Positions 1 to 8,875 of a stretch of 34,686 bases of DNA are shown piece by piece. Position numbers and translations under genes: made by a program. This stretch comes from an uncultured Candidatus Poseidoniales archaeon. GTDB lineage: Archaea; Thermoplasmatota; Poseidoniia; Poseidoniales; Thalassarchaeaceae. Numbering within the stretch: position 1 is the first letter of the stretch; each line of letters opens with the position of its first letter. The notes beneath the pieces were generated by a model that did no database searches, had not been told where the DNA came from, and worked only from the letters and a program-made list of their open reading frames with translations. The stretch covers positions 1,674 to 36,359 of the forward strand of contig CAZXZO010000008.1 in the NCBI GenBank assembly GCA_964645485.1. Reading direction: 5' to 3'.

Positions 1-1
1 T

Positions 2-943
2 AATATTCTAGGCTCACAGGCTAGCGAAGGTATTGCTGATGAAATGGGTAGTCTAAAATCCGCAGACTTACTATTACCTGGGCTTGATGAAGCATTGGCT
101 TTTGATCAATTATTGTCGTTCGCTCAAGACCCCAGATTTGATGCACTAATATTTGATACTGCACCAACAGGGCACACTTTGAGGTTTCTTGGATTACCTG
201 AAATTCTTGATAGTTGGACTGGCCGAATTATTCGTTTAGCACGTCTAACTGGTGGTGTGAGGAGCATTCTCATGGGTAGGCAACAGGAAAAAGCAATGCG
301 TGAAGAATTGGACAAATTCCAGAAGAGGGTTGCTCATGTCAGAAGAGTGCTGACTAACCCGTGGGTTTCCTCATTCACACTGGTGACCATTCCTGAACAG
401 ATGGCAGTGTCTGAAACCATCCGTGCTGCAGATACTCTTGCCGAATTTGGAATTGACATAAATGGTGTTATCGTAAACCGTGTTACACCAGACCTTGACC
501 ATCCTTTCCTACAACAGCGCCGTGAAATTGAGCAAAAGCATCTTGCAAGTTTGAAACAAAGTTTTGAACATCTATCAGTTGCTGAAGTCCCACTTGAAGC
601 TAGTGATATTCATGGTTTGGAATCATTACGAAACTTAGGGAATTCAATGAATGGAGAAAATCCAGAACCAACTCAAGGAATGGAAATGGTAACCGTTGGT
701 TCTAGTATACCATTCTCAATTAGAAGAGGAGTTCATCAAGACGCACAACCAGGGCGTTTAATCGTTCAAGTTCACATGCCTGGTGTGAATAGAGAAGAAT
801 TATCTGTACGGGTAACAGATGGTGAATTATTCGTTGAAGCGAATGGTAAAAGCAGGCAAGTTGAATTGATTCAATCACTAAATAGTGACCGCCATAAATT
901 CGAATTAGAAGGTGATATTCTTGAAATTACACTCGAAATTTGA
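2..943 (+). CDS. arsA: ArsA/GET3-family ATPase with C-terminal HSP20/alpha-crystallin-like domain (5'-truncated by window edge)
   Basis: Frame is open from base 2 (NILGSQASEGIADEM...). Motifs PGLDEA, FDTAPTGHTLRFL (switch II), LVTIPEQMAVSET, VIVNRV. Tail LIVQVHMPGVNREELSVRVTDGELFVEANG...ILEITLE looks like an HSP20 beta-sandwich. P-loop lies outside the window. Confidence 0.9.
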   Translation, partial: NILGSQASEGIADEMGSLKSADLLLPGLDEALAFDQLLSFAQDPRFDALIFDTAPTGHTLRFLGLPEILDSWTGRIIRLARLTGGVRSILMGRQQEKAMREELDKFQKRVAHVRRVLTNPWVSSFTLVTIPEQMAVSETIRAADTLAEFGIDINGVIVNRVTPDLDHPFLQQRREIEQKHLASLKQSFEHLSVAEVPLEASDIHGLESLRNLGNSMNGENPEPTQGMEMVTVGSSIPFSIRRGVHQDAQPGRLIVQVHMPGVNREELSVRVTDGELFVEANGKSRQVELIQSLNSDRHKFELEGDILEITLEI

Positions 944-949
944 CTGAGT

Positions 950-1825
950 TTAGATTCCTAACCAATTGCTAAGAACAACTCCTATGCCGAATGATATCAG
1001 GCTGACTACAAACAGTAGTCCAGCCATTTCACTAAATCGGTGAAGGAATGAAACCTCTTCAACAACTGACACATAAAAATTGAATGATGCTATCACCACT
1101 ATTCCAATAATTAGAGTGCAAGCCAGTGCTAGTACATGAGGCTCAAGCCCATAGACGGGTGGAGTATCTGGAGTGATAAGCAAGTATGGGGCAACAAGCA
1201 AAAACACGGTTAAAAGATAGGCTAACCAAGTAAAGAATGCTGCTGTAAGTGGATTTGTATCCTTTTTCTCAGAACGGGTGGAAAGATATTCACTAGCGCC
1301 CATACTGAATGCTGCAGCGATTCCTGTTACTAATCCTGCAAGAGCTACTAGGTTCAGATCTGCAAATGCAAAGGTTAGTCCGGCTAGTGCACCAGTTAGT
1401 TCAATCAATGCATCTGACATCCCTAAGACAACGCTTCCAATGTAGTCGAGACGCCCTTCTTCCAGTAAACCAATGAGACGTTCTTCGTGTGAATCCTCCT
1501 CATCAGCCAAGTCATCATAACCTAATTTTCGGTATTCCGTGGAAGCGTCTCTCTCTACTCGCTCAAGCATCTTGACTGCGAATGTTAGACCGAATATCCA
1601 AGCCATTTGACTGTGAAGCCAAACTTTCCACATAGTCGGTTTTACCGTTTGGCCGGTTGCTTCTGAAAGTACCTTTTCGTGGCGACCTTCTTCCTCAGCA
1701 ATCTGCTCCAATATTTTTTGATTATAGGGGTTCTTCTGCTTCTTAGCAAGCCGGCGATAAATCTCACCCTCGGTAGCCTCCATGCGCTGGAGACTGAGAA
1801 GTTGGCGTTGCAGTTTAGTTGCCAT
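950..1825 (-). CDS. VIT1/CCC1-family iron/manganese transporter with N-terminal rubrerythrin/ferritin-like domain
   Basis: N-terminal E...ExxH motifs (EATEGEIY, EEEGRHE, EEDSHE); VIT1 signature VLGMSDALIE, AAFSMGASEYLS; about 5 C-terminal TM helices. Confidence 0.88.
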   Translation of the reverse strand: MATKLQRQLLSLQRMEATEGEIYRRLAKKQKNPYNQKILEQIAEEEGRHEKVLSEATGQTVKPTMWKVWLHSQMAWIFGLTFAVKMLERVERDASTEYRKLGYDDLADEEDSHEERLIGLLEEGRLDYIGSVVLGMSDALIELTGALAGLTFAFADLNLVALAGLVTGIAAAFSMGASEYLSTRSEKKDTNPLTAAFFTWLAYLLTVFLLVAPYLLITPDTPPVYGLEPHVLALACTLIIGIVVIASFNFYVSVVEEVSFLHRFSEMAGLLFVVSLISFGIGVVLSNWLGI

Positions 1826-1932
1826 TATGCTTAGCGGTGATGCCTTATTTCATCAATGCTCGTACACTAACATCAATAAAAATTAGTCTCTGTAATGGAA
1901 TAGCAGAGTTCCGCTGTCCTCAAAACAAATGG

Positions 1933-3888
1933 ATGGCCCCAAGCAAACTGATGGAACGAGAGGACGAGGTTGTTCTTGAGGCTGAGATTGGTGATGAAGG
2001 CGATTTTTCAGCAAAACGTGAGCAACGCCAACTAAACATCGCTCTGGCCGCAACAGCCCTTTTCATCATTGTAATGATGGTTATTGCATCTATTTTTTCA
2101 ACCGGATTGATTGATGATATGAGTGGAAATGACGGGAGTAGCCACTGGTTACCCCCTGTAGACCAGCGAGCAAATCTGGACTATCGTAGTGATGATGTTT
2201 TCAGTAGAGTTTCTTGGGATGGCTCATTTGGTGTTGAAGAAGTTCGCTCAGTCTACGTCCCTGTATCATCAATTACTGCTGCAGATGGTGGAGCGGGACT
2301 CACAGGTGATGCTGAAGTTCATCTCGGTTTATGGCTCCCTGAAATCGAAGGTTGTGATTGGGATTCACTCGCAACTAACGACACATTAGCAGCAGATGGT
2401 GTCACTGTCTGTGCAGTTCCTGTGATCTCTGAAATTGGGCCATACTACAATGATGGTGATGTTGATGCCCTAACTCCTGCAGATAGACTTGGGAGATTTC
2501 TTATCGAAAACTTCGTCCCCCATGGATTTGGGGTTGCGCAAGTTAGTGTCTTTGGAACCGGAGAATCAAACCACTGTATGGATTTGATGGGTGATGATGA
2601 ACAGCGAGGCATCCATGCTGCTGTTGAGTGGCTTGGAACTCAACCCTGGTCTAACGGAAATGTTGGCGTCATCGGTAAATCATACGATGGTTCAACGCCG
2701 TGGGAAGCCGCAGCAATGGGCTCAAAACACCTCAAAACAATCGTGCCAATGTCTGGGCTAATCGGTGTACAAGACTTGATGTGGCGCAATGGAAGCATGG
2801 AAGCACGTGGTGCAATCATGCATAACGGCGTCTACGGAAGTTTTGGTTTAGATGGTGACTTAGAAGACACCGAAAACGCTTGTGAAGGCTACATTGAAGG
2901 GTACTATGCAGGTATTGGTGCCTATCTTACTGGAGATGATTTGTCATGGCTAGGTAGTGACTATTGGGAAGAGCGAACTTTCCTTGACAAGGCAATTGCA
3001 AATTACGAGGGGTCGGTTTACATCATCCACGGGATGCAAGATTGGAATGTCGACCCACATATGGCATTCCCAACTCATAACATAATGGTTGAAGCTGGTT
3101 TTGACACCAAAGGTCTGTACGGACAATGGGGGCATGACTATCCAGACCGTAATGAGAGTCACTCGGGTTTGAACTCAGGGAGAGGTGGTGAGGCTTACCC
3201 CTTCACTGTGCGCTGGGATTGGGCTGACGATTTGCTTGAATGGTTTGATTTCTATTTGTACAACAAAGGACCACAACCTGCACTACATGCAGAGATCCAA
3301 GATAACATGGGTGGCTGGCGAGTTGAAGGGCAATATCCACCCTTGGATGTTGAGTGGTTAGATTTTGGATTAGACCAATTTGAGGTGGTAAGTGGAGGTA
3401 CATTTGTGACCTCAACTTCTCAATTGGTAATTTCATCTTCCCAATTTGAAAATGAAACCCGAATTATAGGTACTCCAACCCTTCACATTGATGCTACAAC
3501 CTCGGTGCTTCCACCTGGGTTTTCGGGGCATATTGGTGTTGAAATGGTGCTAGCAAGTAGTGGAATTCACCTTGGACACGCTGTGATGGATTTACGATTC
3601 CATGCAGGTGGTAAAGATGGAGATGTTTTGGGACCTGGTCAAACAGTGAATGCAAAAATGGAATTCTTTGGGATGGATGTTGTAATTCCTGCAGGTGATA
3701 GTATCCAACTAATCATTACTCAAACTATTGAGGATTACATACCAAGCACAGTTAGTCTAACACCAATAACTGTTGACTTAAGTGCTTCAAGTGTGCTCTC
3801 ACTTTCAGTGGTTCAACGTGACTGTTCTGACTTGTTTACACCCCCTATGTTGCAACCTTACCCGCAATGCAGTCCGGCCGAGAGTTGA
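1933..3888 (+). CDS. Membrane-anchored CocE/NonD (peptidase S15, X-Pro dipeptidyl-peptidase-like) serine hydrolase
   Basis: Nucleophile motif GKSYDG (GxSYxG), GTGESNHC, IHGMQDWNV, GQWGH, C-terminal beta domain; one N-terminal TM. Start set at ATG 1933 (1951 possible); the ORF-track start 1819 overlaps the divergent gene. Confidence 0.85.
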   Translation: MAPSKLMEREDEVVLEAEIGDEGDFSAKREQRQLNIALAATALFIIVMMVIASIFSTGLIDDMSGNDGSSHWLPPVDQRANLDYRSDDVFSRVSWDGSFGVEEVRSVYVPVSSITAADGGAGLTGDAEVHLGLWLPEIEGCDWDSLATNDTLAADGVTVCAVPVISEIGPYYNDGDVDALTPADRLGRFLIENFVPHGFGVAQVSVFGTGESNHCMDLMGDDEQRGIHAAVEWLGTQPWSNGNVGVIGKSYDGSTPWEAAAMGSKHLKTIVPMSGLIGVQDLMWRNGSMEARGAIMHNGVYGSFGLDGDLEDTENACEGYIEGYYAGIGAYLTGDDLSWLGSDYWEERTFLDKAIANYEGSVYIIHGMQDWNVDPHMAFPTHNIMVEAGFDTKGLYGQWGHDYPDRNESHSGLNSGRGGEAYPFTVRWDWADDLLEWFDFYLYNKGPQPALHAEIQDNMGGWRVEGQYPPLDVEWLDFGLDQFEVVSGGTFVTSTSQLVISSSQFENETRIIGTPTLHIDATTSVLPPGFSGHIGVEMVLASSGIHLGHAVMDLRFHAGGKDGDVLGPGQTVNAKMEFFGMDVVIPAGDSIQLIITQTIEDYIPSTVSLTPITVDLSASSVLSLSVVQRDCSDLFTPPMLQPYPQCSPAES

Positions 3889-3914
3889 AAGCAACAATCA
3901 TTCTACGCCCATTT

Positions 3915-4499
3915 ATGCAAGGCATCCCACCTCAACAAATACCACCTCAACAACAACAAATAATTGGCGGTCAAGTCGCACAAGGTGGTGTCGCACAAAC
4001 ACCGTTTGGTCAACCAGTAGTCTATACTGGACAACCATCACAAGCTGCCAAAGTAATTGGCATACTCCTGATGGTTTATGGTGGATTTTCGGTTATTTCA
4101 GGGCTTTTTACTGCTGCAGGCATGTCTTACCTTGACTCCTATATGTCTGATTTAGGTGGTGAAGACCTTACTGAATATATGCCAGCAACTTGGATTTATG
4201 TCGTTCAAGGATTGGTCAGCAGTATTGCTGGAGTTGCCTATTTGTATTCTGGTTGGCTAATCCAATCCTTCAAGAAAAAGGGATTCTGGATTGCTTGGGC
4301 TGCGCTTGGACTTACCTATGTCATGAGTATTGTTGTTGCCGCCGCCACACCCTACCCATCGGACATATATGGTGATGAGGCAGGATTTTATCGTATGACA
4401 ACTATTGGAACATCCGCAGTTTGTGGCTTGTTTGGCGCAGCATTCTGTGGGGTTATCTTGGCAATTCCACTATTCATTTCAAACAACGGAATGGAATAG
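3915..4499 (+). CDS. Hypothetical 4-TM membrane protein with Gln/Pro/Gly-rich N-terminal tail
   Basis: MQGIPPQQIPPQQQQIIGGQVAQGG low-complexity start, then four hydrophobic segments. ATG 3915 preferred over 3867, which overlaps the upstream gene. Confidence 0.7.
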   Translation: MQGIPPQQIPPQQQQIIGGQVAQGGVAQTPFGQPVVYTGQPSQAAKVIGILLMVYGGFSVISGLFTAAGMSYLDSYMSDLGGEDLTEYMPATWIYVVQGLVSSIAGVAYLYSGWLIQSFKKKGFWIAWAALGLTYVMSIVVAAATPYPSDIYGDEAGFYRMTTIGTSAVCGLFGAAFCGVILAIPLFISNNGME

Positions 4500-4501
4500 A
4501 C

Positions 4502-5713
4502 TCAATGGAATAACCGTTTGATTAACACCGTTGCGTAAGCACCTGGTGGTAATTCGAAATCAAAAGTGATTGCCCACCTCTTACCCTTTGAACGGCTATT
4601 CATCTCATCACGTACTTCCTCTGTAGAACCTATTTCAGAATTAATCATAAGAGGGCGCGGATGGTTAGAAAGGTACTGATCAATCGCCGTGAGGTCAAGG
4701 TCAGAGTGTGGCATTTCCATGGTTTCTGGCAGTTTTTCTAGTGTTTCCTTGATATCGGAAATAAGATGACGTTTGGGGGCTCCTCGTTTTCCTGATGGTG
4801 CTTCGGGGAACAGAAAAGGGCCGCCTACTCCAATTTTCACCAAATATAACAAGTGATGTGGGAAGTGTGATTCAAACAGTCCAGCCAAGTCAGAATTCCA
4901 CTCTCTTGATTGCCATGCTGAAATCCAAATGCCCCGAATATCATAGGGTAAAGCCATGTATACTCGCCGCCATACTTCTTCATCATCCACACCCGCTTCA
5001 AGTGCTCTTGCTTGGGCTTTCAACAATTTAGAGAATGGTTTGTGTTCGGGTTTGATGTGAGAAATATCTGGCCAATTGGCTGCAAACTTTTTCTTATCTC
5101 GACGCTTATCAGAACGGTCAGATTTATTGCGCTCTGTGAGATGAAGTTTCATCGCTGCTTTGTATTCACCAGCAACTACGTGAGTTCCTGGAAGTCGGTG
5201 ACCAACAGCTGAACCAAAGCGTTGAGTGTCAAACCAATTAGGCCAGCCATGTATTCTTGCTTGCTCGAGTCGACGTGGCAATCCCTCTAGTTGTTGTTGA
5301 TTGATATCACGAACTGTGATTTCGAAGTGGTTAGCGGAATGGCTGCCGCTACGCAATTTTTTATCACTGCCACCAAGTAGGGTCAGTCGCCATCCTTCAC
5401 CTGTTAAGTCATCACTCAAATCTCCAACTTGTTGGCCTATTTCTGTTGGCAATCCTTGTCCCTTCCCAACTGGAAGTGAGACCATTTGAGAGGTTACTGC
5501 GTGCCTATCTTTAAACCCTGAAATACCAAAAGAACGCCTTGAGAGATGGAAGTGCCTAGAGAGTCGTGCCAACAGTGCAATTGTGTCGTGATTACGCTTT
5601 TCTAAACGGTAGAGTCGGTGTTCGCAATCGGGAAAATCCGAGCCGACTACAGGCTCTGGCCCACCTAATTCAGTGACGATAAAATCTTCAGCGACTTGTC
5701 TTAGTTTTACCAA
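4502..5713 (-). CDS. truD: tRNA pseudouridine(13) synthase TruD/Pus7
   Basis: EDFIVTE, catalytic GFKDRHAVTSQ, NHFEITVR, PNWFDTQRFG, C-terminal FELPPGAYATVLIK. Confidence 0.92.
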   Translation of the reverse strand: MVKLRQVAEDFIVTELGGPEPVVGSDFPDCEHRLYRLEKRNHDTIALLARLSRHFHLSRRSFGISGFKDRHAVTSQMVSLPVGKGQGLPTEIGQQVGDLSDDLTGEGWRLTLLGGSDKKLRSGSHSANHFEITVRDINQQQLEGLPRRLEQARIHGWPNWFDTQRFGSAVGHRLPGTHVVAGEYKAAMKLHLTERNKSDRSDKRRDKKKFAANWPDISHIKPEHKPFSKLLKAQARALEAGVDDEEVWRRVYMALPYDIRGIWISAWQSREWNSDLAGLFESHFPHHLLYLVKIGVGGPFLFPEAPSGKRGAPKRHLISDIKETLEKLPETMEMPHSDLDLTAIDQYLSNHPRPLMINSEIGSTEEVRDEMNSRSKGKRWAITFDFELPPGAYATVLIKRLFH

Positions 5714-5860
5714 TCTTTCACCGCCCTAAACTGCTATCGCTAGTAGACCGAGCAGCCTCAATGCTATGTTGATGACGGCTAAGAATTGATTGATGCAGCA
5801 TTTCATCTGTTTATTCACCAAAGGCGAAGTGTTGTAAATAGGGGTTTCAGCGAACAAAAC

Positions 5861-6592
5861 ATGAGCCAAGGTGAGAGTGGTGTTCAACCAACCAAAGTTC
5901 CTGAAAGATCGGTTGATAATAAGCCAACAATTTACACCTATGCAACATGCCCATTTTCATTGAAAGTTAAATCATTGTTAAAATCAAGAGGGATTGAGTT
6001 CTCAAATGTTGAAGTTGACCCTATGAAGAAGACGGAATTGAAATGGTCTGATTGGAAAAAGGTCCCGATTTATGTCGATGTTGATGGAACTCATGTCAAC
6101 GATTCGAATGATATCTTACACTATATTGATGAAAAACATGGCAATAAATTCCCAAGAGAGGGTGAAGATTCTGAACAAGATAAGTGGATGGATTTTTCAA
6201 ATGACATTTTGGGCAAGAGTATTCTTCCTGTGATATACAATTCATATGGTTCATCTCGTCAAGCACTCAGATATGTTGCTGATGTAGAGAGTTTTACCAA
6301 ATTTCAGAAATGGAAATCAATTTGGCTGGGTGGAATCATTATGCGAATGGTAGGAAAAAGCCGTGGGAAATTGTTTGACCTACCTCCTGAAGAAAACTTG
6401 GTTCATCAATTGACGGTACTTTCAGATGGATTTAGTGGGGATTTCTTCGGAGGGACTATTCCGAACGGTGCCGACTTTGCCAACTATGGTATATTGCGTT
6501 CAATGCAGGGGCTACGTGGCTGGAATATTGTTGAATCACACCCTAAAGCAGGGCCTTGGTTTGCTCGAATGCAGACTGCTACAGGTGTTTGA
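5861..6592 (+). CDS. Glutaredoxin/GST-fold protein, prostaglandin E synthase 2 (mPGES-2)-like
   Basis: YTYATCPFSLKVK, VEVDP, KKVPI, NDSNDIL in the N domain; FFGGTIPNGADFANYGILRSMQG and WFARM in the C domain. ATG 5861 preferred over TTG 5786. Confidence 0.82.
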   Translation: MSQGESGVQPTKVPERSVDNKPTIYTYATCPFSLKVKSLLKSRGIEFSNVEVDPMKKTELKWSDWKKVPIYVDVDGTHVNDSNDILHYIDEKHGNKFPREGEDSEQDKWMDFSNDILGKSILPVIYNSYGSSRQALRYVADVESFTKFQKWKSIWLGGIIMRMVGKSRGKLFDLPPEENLVHQLTVLSDGFSGDFFGGTIPNGADFANYGILRSMQGLRGWNIVESHPKAGPWFARMQTATGV

Positions 6593-6623
6593 ACCAATCA
6601 TCAAATTAAGTCCGATTCAAGGG

Positions 6624-7523
6624 CTAATCGTAATGCACCTTAGGCAGTGCGAAGGTCAAACCAAATGCTAGAGCACCTAAGCAACAAGCGCTACCATACG
6701 GACCCTGTGATAGGAATACAAACACCGCTGCCATCCGTAACATCCCTCTTCCTCCATCTCTATATCCTAGCACGGTTGCTACAATACCGATGAGTGCAAT
6801 GCCAGAAAAACCAACACCAATCATCACATACAATCCAGCAGCAGAAGAGTCATACAACTCTTTCTCATTGGCAGCCTCATATGGAACGTAATTGATAAAT
6901 GAACCATCTTCACTTTCTTGTTCAAATGTTGCATCACTCGGGAAGGTAAGACGAATTGTGGTAAACCCAATTGGTTCAAAGGTCGCTTTTGGAGGAGGGT
7001 TGAGCAGTACCAAATGTTGCACGAGTTGGGCTGTTCCTCTCGAGGCGTTGGCTATCATCAAAACTTGCACACCGGGATCCAATCCCTCAATTCTATAATT
7101 GCCATTTTCATCACTGGTATTTCCCTTCTCAATAATTGTACCATCATCGCGCTTGACTGTCACTTGAACGATGTGGTTTGGCGCGGGAGAACCATCTTCA
7201 TAGACAACTGTACCAAGTAATACTGCAGTTCCTCGCGGTGCGCCTTCGGCATCCATATTGATGAAACGTCGGTGATTGATTAAACCAGAATCACCATCAA
7301 TGTAATCTAAGCCATTGATGAATCCAAGCGCTGCTGTCCCAAGCAACAAAGCACTCAGCCAGAAAACCATAGGATGTTTTCTGCGGTCTGACGGAAGCAT
7401 AATTCGAGCCCCAGAAGATGAGAATACAGAATCTTCAACTTCCGGAAGACCGGTGAGAATGGGTTCAGCGGATTCTTGTGTTGTTTTATCTGATGACTCG
7501 CCTAGCCCTTCTTCTCCCTCCAT
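6624..7523 (-). CDS. Membrane protein with an extracytoplasmic carboxypeptidase-regulatory-like beta-sandwich domain
   Basis: Acidic N-tail, one TM, GTVVYEDGSPAPNHIVQV...TSDENGNYRIEGLDPG pattern, then three C-terminal TMs. Confidence 0.7.
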   Translation of the reverse strand: MEGEEGLGESSDKTTQESAEPILTGLPEVEDSVFSSSGARIMLPSDRRKHPMVFWLSALLLGTAALGFINGLDYIDGDSGLINHRRFINMDAEGAPRGTAVLLGTVVYEDGSPAPNHIVQVTVKRDDGTIIEKGNTSDENGNYRIEGLDPGVQVLMIANASRGTAQLVQHLVLLNPPPKATFEPIGFTTIRLTFPSDATFEQESEDGSFINYVPYEAANEKELYDSSAAGLYVMIGVGFSGIALIGIVATVLGYRDGGRGMLRMAAVFVFLSQGPYGSACCLGALAFGLTFALPKVHYD

Positions 7524-7600
7524 AGTTTATCGGAAAGGGCGGTTACTTATCCAACTTTACAACCAAAGGTAACAAGTGGGGGTGGCGCTTTTGAGTTGTT

Positions 7601-7834
7601 GTGAGCAATGAGATTGTGGTGACTTGGAGTGGTTCGAAAGAGGATTGTCAGGCCTTGGTACAAGCAATTTCACCAGATGATTCGGAGTCGTTTGAAATTG
7701 ATTTGAATGTCAATGGTGATTGTGCCACCTTAACTATCAAAGTCAGTGAAGAATCCGTACGTACCTTACGAGCAACGGTTGATGACATTTTGGCGTGCCT
7801 TTCTGCAGCAGAATCTGCAATTAACGAGGTATAA
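7601..7834 (+). CDS. pcc1: KEOPS complex subunit Pcc1
   Basis: 77 aa with the pattern LTIKVSEESVRTLRATVDDILACLSAAE typical of Pcc1 (LRA...L..AE); GTG start. Confidence 0.75.
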   Translation: MSNEIVVTWSGSKEDCQALVQAISPDDSESFEIDLNVNGDCATLTIKVSEESVRTLRATVDDILACLSAAESAINEV

Positions 7835-7906
7835 AGAAGATAATACGTTTTTTTCTAATATTTTTCGTCTATCGCACCCTTGAAACATGGTGGCGATTTC
7901 CACAAC

Positions 7907-8866
7907 ATGATGGAAACCGGCCCCAGCCGTCAGGCTCTCCCGCACGACCGTAGTGCTGAGATATGGGTAGACCACAAAGCGACGGAAAAACTGAGTGCCA
8001 GCATTAGAAGGTGGGTAACTACCTTGATGCACGATGAAGGCATCACTAATCCACTGGCCAGAGATGAAGAAACTGTCAAAGCAAAAGTGTGGACCAAGCA
8101 AGAGGGTATTTTAGCCGGTCTTAACGCCGCGGACCACCTTCTCAGAGAATGGATGCCTGGCGCTACATGGCGGTGGTCGATAGGAGATGGTGCCAAAGTA
8201 AATGCTGGCAAAGTAATCCTAGATATTGAGGGTGGTCGGGAACAAGTTTTGGCTGCCGAACGAATTATCCTCAACCTCATCGGCAGACTTTCTGGAATCG
8301 CAACCAATGCAGCACACTGGCAAGAAAAAGCAGCGCCTGTTGCTGTTGCCTCAACTCGAAAAGTTCACTGGGGATTGTTGGATAAATGGGCAATTCATCT
8401 CGGAGGAGGGTTAACTCATCGGCTCACAAGAAAGGATGCGAGAATGATCAAAGAAAATGACCTCGCAACAATGATTCGCCAAGATGAAAAACGACCGCGT
8501 GGTATTGCTAGAGTAGTTAGTGAATTGGATTTAGAAAGTCTTGGTGCCTTCATCGTACTCGAAGTTCGAACAATTGATGAAGCGATTGCGGCGGCTGAGA
8601 CATGGGCTCAAAGAATAGAGAATGAAGGAGGAAAGGACCGCCTTACAGTGATGCTCGATAATATGGACACTGAGAAAGCGAAGGAAGTCATCCTTGACTT
8701 GGAAACTCGACAATTCCGCGACCTCATAATTATCGAAGCGAGTGGTGGAATTTCGTTTGAGGACTTAACTACTTGGAGCGATTTAGGAGTTGATGTGATA
8801 TCATCTAGTAAGTTGCATTGTGGAACAAGTGCCCTTGATGTTTCAATGTTATTTGATGGGGCATAG
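7907..8866 (+). CDS. nadC: Nicotinate-nucleotide pyrophosphorylase (quinolinate phosphoribosyltransferase)
   Basis: GILAG, ERIILNLIGRLSGIAT, STRK, GGGLTHR, MIKEN, EVRT, MLDNM, EASGGI, DVISS. Start ATG 7907/7910, or TTG 7880. Confidence 0.85.
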   Translation: MMETGPSRQALPHDRSAEIWVDHKATEKLSASIRRWVTTLMHDEGITNPLARDEETVKAKVWTKQEGILAGLNAADHLLREWMPGATWRWSIGDGAKVNAGKVILDIEGGREQVLAAERIILNLIGRLSGIATNAAHWQEKAAPVAVASTRKVHWGLLDKWAIHLGGGLTHRLTRKDARMIKENDLATMIRQDEKRPRGIARVVSELDLESLGAFIVLEVRTIDEAIAAAETWAQRIENEGGKDRLTVMLDNMDTEKAKEVILDLETRQFRDLIIIEASGGISFEDLTTWSDLGVDVISSSKLHCGTSALDVSMLFDGA

Positions 8867-8875
8867 GTGGAATCA

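Noticed and set aside
3915-3990. CAA-rich repeats (CCTCAACAA) resembling a tandem repeat or contingency locus
   Set aside because: Imperfect and short; simply encodes a Gln/Pro-rich tail.
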